DNA of 64,000 bases, taken from contig JAHPZE010000001.1 of NCBI GenBank assembly GCA_019058365.1, positions 256,001 through 320,000 on the forward strand, given 5' to 3'. The position numbers were made by a program, and so were the translations under genes. Each line of letters begins with the position of its first letter. The first letter of the stretch is position 1. The stretch is from Promethearchaeota archaeon. GTDB taxonomy: Archaea; Asgardarchaeota; Lokiarchaeia; Sigyniarchaeales; SOKP01. The notes under the pieces are model-generated. The model was not told where the DNA came from. It ran no database searches and was given only the letters and a program-made list of their open reading frames with translations. This document shows, in pieces, positions 1-9,696 of the stretch.

Positions 1-1832
1 CAAAACCCGGAGTTCAAATGCTTAAAGATTCTATTGAAGAATTAGATGTCAATAGAACTGTAGTGGCTTCATGTTCAAAAAATCAGCATGGTAGGACTTT
101 TGCTAAAGCAATTGAAGAAATGGGATTAAACAGACATAAACATCAACAAGTAAATATTAGAGAGTATAATAGTTGGGTGCATCAGAAAGAAAAAGATAAA
201 GCAACTGAAAAAGCAAAGAAGTTAGTAAAAGCTGGAGTAAATAGAGCGCGAAAATTAGAAGATGTCGAGACACGGAGAGTCCCTACAACGAAAGCTGCGT
301 TAGTAATTGGTGCTGGTATCGCAGGGCTTCGTGCATCATATGATTTAGCGGAGTTGGGAATTCCAGTTTATTTAGTTGAAAAATTATCTACAATTGGAGG
401 TCATATGACACAATTGAATAAGACATTCCCAACATTAGAATGTCCCCAATGTAGTATATCTCCATTGACAAATGGAGTAGCTAATCATCCATTAATTGAA
501 CTTTATACTAATGCTCAAATTAAGAGTGTTGAGGGTTCAATGGGTAATTTTGAAGTTGAGGTTGAAATTAAACCAAGATATGTTAAAGATAATTGTACAT
601 CTTGCGGTGAGTGTGCCCTACATTGTCCTGTGGAGGTACCTAGTGAATGGGATAGTGAGATGTCAATGAGAAATGCAATATATAAAGCTTATCCACAAGC
701 AATTCCCGCTACATATGTGAGAGATAAAAAAAGCTGTATTGAGTGTAATACTTGTATTAACGTTTGCCCTGTACAAGCGGTAGATTTTTCAATGCAAACC
801 GAAATAAAAACCTTTAAAGTCGGTTCTATTGTTGTCGCAGCTGGTTACGATGAATATGATCCTTCTGAGATTGAACCATACCATTATGGTCAAGAAGGAT
901 ATGAAAATGTTATTACACAACTCAAATTAGAAAGGATGTTAGCTCCGGGTTCTCTTACTAACAGTCAAGTATTAAGACCTTCTGATGCTAAAATTCCTAA
1001 AAGTATTGTAATGATACAATGTGTAGGAAGTAGAAATGATCAAGTAGGGAATCAATATTGTACAGGAGTTTGTTGTAAGTTCGCAATTAAAAACGCTCGA
1101 ATAGTGAAAGAAATGTATCCCGATGCAGATGTTACTATTTGCTATATTGATGTGAGAACTCCTGGCTTAAACTTTGAAGAATTATATAAGTCTGCACAAG
1201 AAGTAGGAGTAAGATTTATTAGAGGACGTCCATCCGAGATACTCAGAGGCCCAATTTCTGGAGAATTGAGAGTTATAGTTGAAGATACTCTTAGTCAAAC
1301 ACCGTTAAAATTAAAAGCGGACATGGTCGTACTTTCAGCAGCGATGGTTCCACCTGAAGGCATCGGACCTTTAGGGTCTAAATTACATGTACTTCGCTCA
1401 AAAGAAGGTTTCTTAAAGGAGTTCCATATTAAAATGAACCCTACATTAAGTAGCAAAGGAGGTATCTTTTTAGCGGGGGCTATTCAAGGTCCTAAAGACA
1501 TTTCCGAATCAGTTGCTCAAGCAGGGAGTGCTGCAGCAATCGCAGCTGCTCCATTAGTAAAGGGTTATATCGAGAAGGAAATGTTAGTTCCTTCAGTGGA
1601 TTACGATTTATGTGTTAGATGTGGACTATGTAAAACTGTGTGTGCTCCAGCAGCGATAGAAATAAACGATGATGGAATACCTATGATAAATGAAGTTGCG
1701 TGTAAATCATGTGGAATGTGTATGCCTGCGTGTCCTACGGGAGCAATTCAATTATTAAACTTTAGTGATGATCAATTATTAGATGAAATTATAGCAATAT
1801 CCAGTGGAGGCGTTATATGCGAAAATGAGTGA
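1..1832 (+). CDS. hdrA: Heterodisulfide reductase subunit A-like flavoprotein (5' end outside window)
   Basis: GAGIAG FAD motif, LNKTFPTLEC, IQCVGSRN...CTGVCC, two ferredoxin domains, GPKDI. The frame is open back to position 3 (KPGVQM...), so the ATG at 18 is probably internal. Confidence 0.93.
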   Translation, partial: KPGVQMLKDSIEELDVNRTVVASCSKNQHGRTFAKAIEEMGLNRHKHQQVNIREYNSWVHQKEKDKATEKAKKLVKAGVNRARKLEDVETRRVPTTKAALVIGAGIAGLRASYDLAELGIPVYLVEKLSTIGGHMTQLNKTFPTLECPQCSISPLTNGVANHPLIELYTNAQIKSVEGSMGNFEVEVEIKPRYVKDNCTSCGECALHCPVEVPSEWDSEMSMRNAIYKAYPQAIPATYVRDKKSCIECNTCINVCPVQAVDFSMQTEIKTFKVGSIVVAAGYDEYDPSEIEPYHYGQEGYENVITQLKLERMLAPGSLTNSQVLRPSDAKIPKSIVMIQCVGSRNDQVGNQYCTGVCCKFAIKNARIVKEMYPDADVTICYIDVRTPGLNFEELYKSAQEVGVRFIRGRPSEILRGPISGELRVIVEDTLSQTPLKLKADMVVLSAAMVPPEGIGPLGSKLHVLRSKEGFLKEFHIKMNPTLSSKGGIFLAGAIQGPKDISESVAQAGSAAAIAAAPLVKGYIEKEMLVPSVDYDLCVRCGLCKTVCAPAAIEINDDGIPMINEVACKSCGMCMPACPTGAIQLLNFSDDQLLDEIIAISSGGVICENE

Positions 1833-2277
1833 ATGTGAATATATTGAACCAGAAGTACTGGAAAAGATGGAAAATATTGTAATTTTTATGTGTAATGAAT
1901 GTGGGCAAGGTTCAGCAAACACTGCTGGTGTTGCTCGAATGGCATATAATCCAGCAATTCGAATAGTTCGAGTACAATGTACTGGTCAAGTCGGTCCTAT
2001 TCAGATTATGGATGCTTTAAGTAACGGGGCTGACGCAGTTGCGTGTGTTGGTTGTTGTTTAGGGGCATGTCATTTCTTTAATGGAAATATTTTATCAATG
2101 CATAGAATAAAATTGATGAAGAAGTTATTCAAAGAATTGGGTTATAGTGATCAGTTTGTTAATCAATATACTTCTCGAGCTGCAGAAGGAGAAACAGCTG
2201 TTGGAGATTTTGAAGATATTGTCGAACGATTAGCAACTGCAATTAGAGAGGAGGGGACTTTCAAAGATGGATGTTAG
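1804..2277 (+). CDS. mvhD: MvhD/VhuD-type hydrogenase iron-sulfur subunit D
   Basis: FMCNEC, IRIVRVQCTG, DALSNGADAV, GCCLGACHF match the MvhD [2Fe-2S] motifs. Real start is probably the ATG at 1825 (GGAGG upstream), overlapping the hdrA stop. Confidence 0.88.
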   Translation: MEALYAKMSECEYIEPEVLEKMENIVIFMCNECGQGSANTAGVARMAYNPAIRIVRVQCTGQVGPIQIMDALSNGADAVACVGCCLGACHFFNGNILSMHRIKLMKKLFKELGYSDQFVNQYTSRAAEGETAVGDFEDIVERLATAIREEGTFKDGC

Positions 2278-3508
2278 AATATTTCAGTTTAACGGATGTA
2301 ATAAATGCTTTAATGAGACGATTCTCTTAAAGGGAGAATCCAAATATAACATAGAATTTATACAAGATCCTCAAAATTGGAAAGAAGAAAAGACAGATGT
2401 ATCAATAATCACCGGATTTTTACTACCAGAAAATAAGGATGCTTTAAATAAAATTAAAACAAATTCAGAAAAAGTAATTGCTTATGGAAACTGTACTACA
2501 ACTGGAGGGATTTTTGCTCTTGCTAATCAAAAGGGTCATGAAATATCGCCTTTAAATAACATTATTGAAGATTCAATTAATATTAACGGTTGCCTAGGGG
2601 AAATTGAGGAACTAAAACTGGAGATTAAAGATAAAGATCTCCCAAAATTAAAAAATCTTTGTATTGTATGCGGAAGGCGAAAAACATGTGATTACTTAGA
2701 TGACATAAAACGGCAAATTGATTTAGAAGATACTGAGACATGTTTTAACGATCTCGGGTATCTTTGTAATGGTTTTGTCTCAAGAGAATGTAAAGAACGA
2801 TGTATTGACTATAATGCTCCATGTAGAGGTTGTAAACCAATTATAGAACGTTCTGGGATCAGAATGTTAGGAATGTTTGGAACTCTTATGGGAAATATTG
2901 AAGTTGCAACTGAACATTCTGAAAAGGGAGCAACTGATAAATTAGCAGATAAGGACGATGAGGTAACTGAAAGGCTACCTGATATAGTAGGGAATTTCTT
3001 TAGATTTACTTTACCAACATCTGGATTACCAAAAGGTAGAATACCGTCAAGTGGTACATTATTAGAGGATGTTTTTACGGGAAGGCTTATTGAAGAATTA
3101 CCACTAATTTCGGGATTATTAGGAGGAGATCATTCAATCTCATTAACACTTAAAATAATTGAAACCTACGAGGAAGCTAATAATATTGAAGTAAGTGAAA
3201 AGACTAAAAATTATCGAAAACAATTATTAAAATTAGAGGATCAACTTCAAACAGCAATTCAAAGTAAAGATCCAAGTCAATACAAGAAAATCACTAAAGA
3301 AATTCGTAAAATTGCGGGAAACATGAATTTATCAAATGTGTTTTTTGGAGGATTTAGGTCAAAAATCAATGAAAACGATAACTTTGAAGATTATAAAACC
3401 CACGTTTTTGATGTGGTCGAAGGAACATATAAGAATGGTTCAGTTGAATTCACAATTGATCCAATTGGTATTGTAAAAGAAATTAAAATTAGAGAGGGAT
3501 ACGCATGA
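2267..3508 (+). CDS. MvhG/FrhG-like small subunit fused to a degenerate NiFe large-subunit fragment
   Basis: GCNKC, IAYGNC..GGI, NGC, NLCIVC, CFNDLGYLCNG...C..RC....PCRGC and DIVGNFFRFTLP follow MvhG. The C-terminal ~150 aa resemble the MvhA N-terminus but lack the Ni-ligating cysteines. Confidence 0.75.
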   Translation: MDVRIFQFNGCNKCFNETILLKGESKYNIEFIQDPQNWKEEKTDVSIITGFLLPENKDALNKIKTNSEKVIAYGNCTTTGGIFALANQKGHEISPLNNIIEDSININGCLGEIEELKLEIKDKDLPKLKNLCIVCGRRKTCDYLDDIKRQIDLEDTETCFNDLGYLCNGFVSRECKERCIDYNAPCRGCKPIIERSGIRMLGMFGTLMGNIEVATEHSEKGATDKLADKDDEVTERLPDIVGNFFRFTLPTSGLPKGRIPSSGTLLEDVFTGRLIEELPLISGLLGGDHSISLTLKIIETYEEANNIEVSEKTKNYRKQLLKLEDQLQTAIQSKDPSQYKKITKEIRKIAGNMNLSNVFFGGFRSKINENDNFEDYKTHVFDVVEGTYKNGSVEFTIDPIGIVKEIKIREGYA

Positions 3509-5973
3509 GTTTTGAATTATTAAGAGAAGAAATTGTAGATGCTGGTCTGTGTCAAGGATGTGGATTATGTGCTGGTTCATGTAAACATATTGAAATGGAC
3601 GTAAGACGTCCAACATTAAAAGATTATTGTATAATGGAAAGAGAGGGGCAAGATTGTGGAAAATGTTATCAAAATTGTCCTCAAGTAATCCAAAAGAAAT
3701 TTAAAGAGAAGCAACCCCTTGTGATTTATTCATTAAGAAGTAAAGATCCTATAGTATTAGCTAAAGCTTCAAGTGGAGGATTTGTAACTACTTTTGCTAA
3801 AGAATTGTTAGAAAACAAGGCACTTAAAGAAATTGTCATGGTCCAAGAAGAAGATGAGAAGCCTACAGCTGAAATAGTTTCAGATCCTAATGAAGTAGTT
3901 CAAAAAGCTGGTGTTATTTATGGTAGATCTGGCGTTCTACAGAGATTAGTAGAACTCACTGGTGAAACATTTGATCCAATTGGTATTATCGGAGTGCCAT
4001 GTGAAATGCGTGGAGCTGCTGAACTCGAAGAAGATATGAATCGAGAAATCTTAAAAATCGGATTGTTCTGTAGTTCTCAAATGAGAACTAAACAAACAGA
4101 TAAGGGATTAGTATGTTCTCCATGTTGTAATGGGTGTCCTTCTGGTGTGAATGCTCAAGGATATATTTCATTAATACGTCAAGGGAAATATCAAGATGCT
4201 GTAGACTTAATTAGAGAAAACAATCCACTCCCCTCTATTTGTGGAAGAATTTGTACAAATGAATGTGAACATGGTTGTACTTTAATTGGAGATGACCATC
4301 CTGTTGCGATTCGTGAATTAAAGAAATTTGTTACAGAATGGGAGATTGAAAGAGCTAAAAAAACATCGAAAACAAAATCTAAATTAAATAAAAATACCAA
4401 AAAAGTAGCAATTATTGGATCCGGACCAGCGGGATTAACAGCAGCATATTTCTTAAGGAGAATGGGTTATGCCCCCACCATTTTTGAGAAGACAGATCAA
4501 ACTGGAGGAATGCTAAGATTCGGCGTACCACAATTTAGATTACCAAATTATGTATTAGATTATGATGTAGGTAAGATCGTAGATTCTGGTGTCGAAATCA
4601 TACTCAATAAACCTTTAGGGCCTGAAATGTCAATAGATGATTTAAAAAATGATGGATTTGAAGCCATATTTATCGCAACAGGACAGTATAAACCTCGTAC
4701 TTTACACTTAGAAGGAGAAGACTTACCGAACGTTCATGTAGCGATTAGTTTCTTAATAGATAGAAAGTATCGATATTGGGAAAATAAAGAAGAATTTAAG
4801 GGAAAAACTCTAGGCATAATTGGAGGAGGCCCGGTTGCTGTTGATGTTGCACAAACAGCGCTTAGGTTAGGTGCTGAAAAGGTTCACCTCGTTGATATCA
4901 TGTCAGAAAAACAACTCGAGTTAGTTTTAAGAGATATCCCTGAAAATGAAATGGAGCTAATGAAATATCATTTTACGACATCAACTTCTAAAATCACTCA
5001 GAATAAAGATAAAAAATTAGTACTTAATTGTTATAATATTGAATGGGGCAATCCTGATAAAAACGGGAGAAGACCATTAAATAAAATTGAAGGATCAGAT
5101 TATGAGATACCCATTGATTCTATTGTAATTGCAGTTGGTCAAGCTGTAGATTTCGAACAAATCGATGCTGCTACGAATAATAAATTAGAAAAAGAACGAA
5201 ATAAAATCAAAGTAAACGAGGTTACATTTGAAACAAATATTCCTGGTGTTTTTGCTGGCGGAGATATTATCAGTAATTCTAAGGCAGTAGCGATTGCAGC
5301 AATAGCTCATGGAAAAGAAGCAGCATTTTCAATTGACAGATATTTAAAAGGAGAAAGCTTAATGGAAGGAAGATATAAGATAGAAAAATCATTTTTCACT
5401 GGACCTAAGAAACCTCCTAAAGATTATTCTTTAAAACCAGAAACTCTGGATGAAGCAACTGAAGAAATAAGTTGGAATTTTGAAGAAATTGATAAAATAT
5501 TCAATGAAGATATGGCTTTACAAGAAGCGCGAAGATGTTTGAGCTGTAATCATTTCTGTTCTCATTGCCAAGATTTTCCAGCAATATATTCAGATCTTAC
5601 TGCGGGTGAAGTAGGTTCAAAAGATGGCTATACTACAGTGGTAGTATGGACAGAGCGAGGCAAGAATCTTGTCGAAGAAGCGATTGAAAAAGGATTATTC
5701 GAACAAGGAAAAGTTAACGAGGAAGAATTGAAAAATGCAATTAATCTAAAATCAAAACGCGAATTAATGAATTTTGAAAAAACACCAAGACAACAGGTAT
5801 TAAACTATATTTCACTTCAGGGCCCTAGCACCATTACAGATATCGCAAAACAAACAGGTCTTGAACCTAAAAAAGCACGATATGAGGCACTTCGATTAGT
5901 TCAGTTGATGGCATTAGAAATGAAAGCTGATCCTAATATGAAGGAGCCAATATTTTCTATAATATGTGATTAA
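3505..5973 (+). CDS. FrhB/FdhB-family protein with an inserted GltD/NfnB-like FAD-NAD(P)H oxidoreductase module and a C-terminal HTH
   Basis: FrhB motifs (LCQGCGLCAGSC, SSGGFVT, GVPCE, IGLFC; C-terminal CSHCQDF...DLTAGEVGSKDGYTTVVV.TERG) flank a GltD-like block (CNGCP, NPLPSICGRICTNECE, GSGPAGL, GGGPVAVD, GVFAGGD, EARRCLSC). Confidence 0.85.
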   Translation: MSFELLREEIVDAGLCQGCGLCAGSCKHIEMDVRRPTLKDYCIMEREGQDCGKCYQNCPQVIQKKFKEKQPLVIYSLRSKDPIVLAKASSGGFVTTFAKELLENKALKEIVMVQEEDEKPTAEIVSDPNEVVQKAGVIYGRSGVLQRLVELTGETFDPIGIIGVPCEMRGAAELEEDMNREILKIGLFCSSQMRTKQTDKGLVCSPCCNGCPSGVNAQGYISLIRQGKYQDAVDLIRENNPLPSICGRICTNECEHGCTLIGDDHPVAIRELKKFVTEWEIERAKKTSKTKSKLNKNTKKVAIIGSGPAGLTAAYFLRRMGYAPTIFEKTDQTGGMLRFGVPQFRLPNYVLDYDVGKIVDSGVEIILNKPLGPEMSIDDLKNDGFEAIFIATGQYKPRTLHLEGEDLPNVHVAISFLIDRKYRYWENKEEFKGKTLGIIGGGPVAVDVAQTALRLGAEKVHLVDIMSEKQLELVLRDIPENEMELMKYHFTTSTSKITQNKDKKLVLNCYNIEWGNPDKNGRRPLNKIEGSDYEIPIDSIVIAVGQAVDFEQIDAATNNKLEKERNKIKVNEVTFETNIPGVFAGGDIISNSKAVAIAAIAHGKEAAFSIDRYLKGESLMEGRYKIEKSFFTGPKKPPKDYSLKPETLDEATEEISWNFEEIDKIFNEDMALQEARRCLSCNHFCSHCQDFPAIYSDLTAGEVGSKDGYTTVVVWTERGKNLVEEAIEKGLFEQGKVNEEELKNAINLKSKRELMNFEKTPRQQVLNYISLQGPSTITDIAKQTGLEPKKARYEALRLVQLMALEMKADPNMKEPIFSIICD

Positions 5974-6012
5974 AATTAAATAAAAACTAACAAATTTTAA
6001 GAGGTAAAAAAT

Positions 6013-6249
6013 ATGAAATATGATATGGAATTAAATGTCTGTGGATTAGTATGTCCTGTTCCTGCTTTAAAAACGAAAAAACAACTTATGAAAATGAGAC
6101 CTGGTACAGTTTTAAAAGTAATTACGGACTATAAACCCGCAAGTGAATCTGTTCCACGTGATTTAGCCAAAACAAAACATAAACATTTAGGAACAGACTT
6201 CATAGAAGACGATGAGCAATGGTATATCTATTTTGAAGCAGTAAAGTAA
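6013..6249 (+). CDS. tusA: TusA/SirA-family sulfur carrier
   Basis: LNVCGLVCPVPALKTKKQL...PGTVLKVITD (CPxP motif); GAGGT RBS upstream. Confidence 0.88.
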   Translation: MKYDMELNVCGLVCPVPALKTKKQLMKMRPGTVLKVITDYKPASESVPRDLAKTKHKHLGTDFIEDDEQWYIYFEAVK

Positions 6250-6271
6250 GTGTTCATTCCTTAAAATTAAA

Positions 6272-6294
6272 TTTTTTTTATATCTTCTTTTTTT
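6272..6294 (+). terminator. Oligo-T tracts, probable archaeal terminator of the hdrA operon
   Basis: Two long T runs directly after the tusA stop. Confidence 0.4.
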
Positions 6295-6491
6295 ATTAAA
6301 ATAATATTCTATAGATTCTACTTTTTTACAAGATTTTGAATCTTTGCCTTCTCTAGACTCTGATCATTAAATACAATATAAATTTCTAGTAACAATCCAA
6401 GACTCCAATGAGAGTTTTAGATTGTGAACTATAAATAAACTGTATCATCATTATAAAATAACAAGATACTAAAAAAAAGTTGTAAAAAATC

Positions 6492-7232
6492 ATGCAAGAA
6501 GTAGAAAATGTATATCAGGATGCTTATTACAGAACAAAGAGCCTTAAAGGGTTATTCATTCACGATATTTCAAATTTATTCCAGATAATAAGTAATTCCA
6601 TCGAGCTCTGTGAATCACTACTAAAAGATCAAGTAAAAACAGGAGATATTATTGAGTATTTCCAAATGATTGCTCAACAATTAAACCTAGGTAAGATGTT
6701 GATTAGAAATGTTAGAAATCTTTCAGAATTGGAAGAATATAAAATGCCTTTAGCACCTGTGGAAGTGTTTTTTACATTAAGCAGTGCGATTAATTTTACT
6801 CATATTAATTTTCCTAAAAAGAATATTGATATTAAGGTTAACTCTGATTACAGAAACCTTTACATTATGGCAAATGAGTTATTGAGTGAAGTGTTTGAAA
6901 ACATAATTACAAACTCTATTAATTATAATAAAAATAAAGTTGTTCAAATTGAAATAAAAATCTCTGTTTTTGATATTCAGTATAAGAATTATGTAAAGAT
7001 CGAATTCAAAGACAATGGTATAGGTATTGATGATGCTAGAAAAGAGATAATCTTCCAAGAAACTCATTTGAAAAACATCCATTCTAAAGGCATGGGGATC
7101 GGACTATCATTAGTTTCTAAATTAATAGAATTATATAGTGGAAACATTTGGGTTGAAGATCGTATAAAAGGAAATTCAACGAAAGGTAGCAATTTCATAA
7201 TCTTAATTCCGTTAGAAAAAAAAAGAAGGTGA
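6492..7232 (+). CDS. Soluble histidine kinase (HisKA + HATPase), no sensor domain
   Basis: H-box FIHDISN, N-box ENIITNSINY, G1 DNGIGI, G2 GMGIGLS. Confidence 0.88.
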   Translation: MQEVENVYQDAYYRTKSLKGLFIHDISNLFQIISNSIELCESLLKDQVKTGDIIEYFQMIAQQLNLGKMLIRNVRNLSELEEYKMPLAPVEVFFTLSSAINFTHINFPKKNIDIKVNSDYRNLYIMANELLSEVFENIITNSINYNKNKVVQIEIKISVFDIQYKNYVKIEFKDNGIGIDDARKEIIFQETHLKNIHSKGMGIGLSLVSKLIELYSGNIWVEDRIKGNSTKGSNFIILIPLEKKRR

Positions 7233-7235
7233 AGT

Positions 7236-8084
7236 TTGATGACAAATAGTTATGAAAATTTAAAATCAGGTAAATCGAAGAAGGATATAAAATGGTATAC
7301 TTATGTAGATTCTTATCTTGACTCCAAATTAAAAGATTTCATGGAAAATTATAAGATAAACAATCAAGCGAAAATTATAAGAAACTGCGTTAATTATTGC
7401 ATTGATTATTTAACTGCTGCATTTCAGAAGAAATCACATAACGACCCTCAAAGTTATGATGAAATCGAACTTGATAATTTAATTAGAAAGGCTATTAAAG
7501 AATACGAAATTGGTAATGGTTTTCACGAAGAATTAAAGCAAAAACTTTCGCCACTTAAAATATCGCTCTTAATGTTGAATGATTATATTGAGGAAAAAGA
7601 AAAATTCCAATGGGGCATTCAGAATGCAATAAGCGCTCTAGAAGAGTTAGAGAAATCTGTGAAGCGTCATTTTGAAGAGCCAAATATAGTAAGATTTGTA
7701 AAAAAGATTGATGTTTTATATATTGAAGATAATGAATTAGAGCGCAAAACCATTGATCACCTTTTTAAAGCAAAATGTGTAGATATTAAATCACTGGAGA
7801 CTTCTGACGAAGCTTTGTACCTTCTTAAGACTATAACTCCTAGGGTAATAATACTTGATATTAATTTAAAGACTAGCAATATAAATGGAGACCGTTTTTG
7901 CCAAATGTTAAAATCGAGCGCTCAGTATAATTCAATTCCAATAATTTTAATATCCGCTGTTTTCTCCGAAACAGAAAAAAAGGAAATTTTAACAACGACA
8001 GGAGCAGATGATATTATATTTAAACCTATTGACAGATTAAAAGACTTAGATATTCTATTCACATATATAAAGCAGCAATATTGA
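7236..8084 (+). CDS. Response regulator with C-terminal receiver domain
   Basis: VLYIEDN, IILDINL (phospho-acceptor Asp), IPIILISA, GADDIIFKP. Confidence 0.85.
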   Translation: MMTNSYENLKSGKSKKDIKWYTYVDSYLDSKLKDFMENYKINNQAKIIRNCVNYCIDYLTAAFQKKSHNDPQSYDEIELDNLIRKAIKEYEIGNGFHEELKQKLSPLKISLLMLNDYIEEKEKFQWGIQNAISALEELEKSVKRHFEEPNIVRFVKKIDVLYIEDNELERKTIDHLFKAKCVDIKSLETSDEALYLLKTITPRVIILDINLKTSNINGDRFCQMLKSSAQYNSIPIILISAVFSETEKKEILTTTGADDIIFKPIDRLKDLDILFTYIKQQY

Positions 8085-8283
8085 AAACTTAAGAAATATA
8101 CGTTGATAAAAAACATAACCCAAGATATATTTGAATAAAAGAAAAAGAAACCAGATGTTTTTAGTTTTTTTAATCAATAAATTTTAGAACAAAATCTAAA
8201 TCACAGAACTATTTGAAAATTATTATTAGTTTTAGTATATTATCAATATCTAACATTAATTAATAAAGAGAAGGGATATATAA

Positions 8284-9678
8284 GTGAAGATAATCGTTTT
8301 AAACGGAAGTCCTAAGGGGATTGAAAGCGCTACAATGCAATATATTCTATACATTCAGAAAAAGTTTCCTCAACATGAGTTTAAAATCTTAAATATTGCT
8401 CAGCAAATTAAAAAACTCGAAAAAAGTGATGAAAAATTCCAAGAAATTATAGAGGAAGTGAAGAATTCGGATGGTATTATTTGGGGCTTCCCTTTATATG
8501 TGATGCTCGTTCCATCTCAATATAAAAGATTTATTGAACTAGTTGCGGAAAGAAATAATGAAGATGCTTTTAAAGATAAATATACTGCTGTTTTAACCAC
8601 ATCAATTCATTTCTATGATCATACTGCTATAAATTATATGAATGCTATTTGTGATGATTTGGAAATGAAATATGTTGGATCTTTTTCTGCAGACATGTTT
8701 GATCTTATGATTCCAAAAAAGAGAGAGCAATTAATTTTATTTGTTGAAAATCTATTTAACGCGATTGAAAATAAGATTCCCACAACCCGAAAGAATTTAC
8801 CCCTAATTAAACACCCCTTTGAATATGTACCGGAAAAACTTGAAAAAGAAGAAGAAAAAATAGATACAAATGGAAAAAAAATACTTATTATAACAGATTC
8901 TGTAGATAGAAGCTCTAATTTAGGGAAAATGATCCAACGTTTTCAAAGTTGTTTTTCTACGATAGTTGAGGTAATAAATATCTATGATCTAAATATAAAA
9001 GGTGGCTGTTTAGGATGTATTCAATGTGGATATGATAATATTTGTGTTTATAAAGATAAGGATGAGTTTACAGAATTTTGGAGTGTGACATTAGAATCTG
9101 CGGATATTTTAGTTTTTGCGGGAAACATAGTAGACAGATATTTATCATCAAGATGGAAAATGGTTTTTGACAGAAGTTTTTTCAATGGTCATATTCCTAC
9201 ATTAAGGGAAAAACAATTCGGTTTTCTTATATCTGGACCATTAGGTCAAATTGCTAATTTAAGACAAATCATCGAATCAATTCCTGAACTTGAAGAAAGC
9301 AACTTTGTAGACATTATAACTGATGAGTACGCAGATTCAAAGATTATAGATTCATTAATTTATAATTTAGCTAAAAATTTAATCATGCTTTCCCAATCTG
9401 GTTATAAAAAACCACAAACATTCCTTTCAGTAGGAGGAAATAAAATATTCAGAGATGCTGTATATGGTAGAATGAGGTTTGTGTTCCAAGCTGATCATAG
9501 ATATTATAAAGAACATGGATTTTATGATTTTCCACATAATGATAAATATGCAAAAAAAATGAATGAAAAATTCATCCCTTTAACTCAAAATGAGAAATTT
9601 AGAAAGATTTTTTATTCTGTGTTAAAAACTGAAATGATCAAACCTTTAAAAAGTATTGTTGACAATCCAGATAAATAA
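8284..9678 (+). CDS. Double flavodoxin-fold NAD(P)H-dependent FMN reductase / iron-sulfur flavoprotein
   Basis: IIVLNGSPKG, DGIIWGFPLY; second domain has GCLGCIQCGYDNIC (ISF-type cysteine motif). Confidence 0.8.
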   Translation: MKIIVLNGSPKGIESATMQYILYIQKKFPQHEFKILNIAQQIKKLEKSDEKFQEIIEEVKNSDGIIWGFPLYVMLVPSQYKRFIELVAERNNEDAFKDKYTAVLTTSIHFYDHTAINYMNAICDDLEMKYVGSFSADMFDLMIPKKREQLILFVENLFNAIENKIPTTRKNLPLIKHPFEYVPEKLEKEEEKIDTNGKKILIITDSVDRSSNLGKMIQRFQSCFSTIVEVINIYDLNIKGGCLGCIQCGYDNICVYKDKDEFTEFWSVTLESADILVFAGNIVDRYLSSRWKMVFDRSFFNGHIPTLREKQFGFLISGPLGQIANLRQIIESIPELEESNFVDIITDEYADSKIIDSLIYNLAKNLIMLSQSGYKKPQTFLSVGGNKIFRDAVYGRMRFVFQADHRYYKEHGFYDFPHNDKYAKKMNEKFIPLTQNEKFRKIFYSVLKTEMIKPLKSIVDNPDK

Positions 9679-9696
9679 ATAGTTATCTTTAGATTT

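Noticed and set aside
6408-6450. ATGA followed by a weak stem after the hdrA operon, considered as a SECIS
   Set aside because: No correctly placed 3' GA or apical AAA, and the visible hdrA/mvhD sequences have Cys codons with no in-frame TGA. The hdrA 5' end is outside the window and cannot be judged.
7230-7238. Kinase TGA stop is in frame with the response regulator (TGA-AGT-TTG), suggesting readthrough to a hybrid kinase
   Set aside because: The TGA is part of AGGTGA, a typical archaeal RBS for the downstream start; no Cys-like context or SECIS seen.
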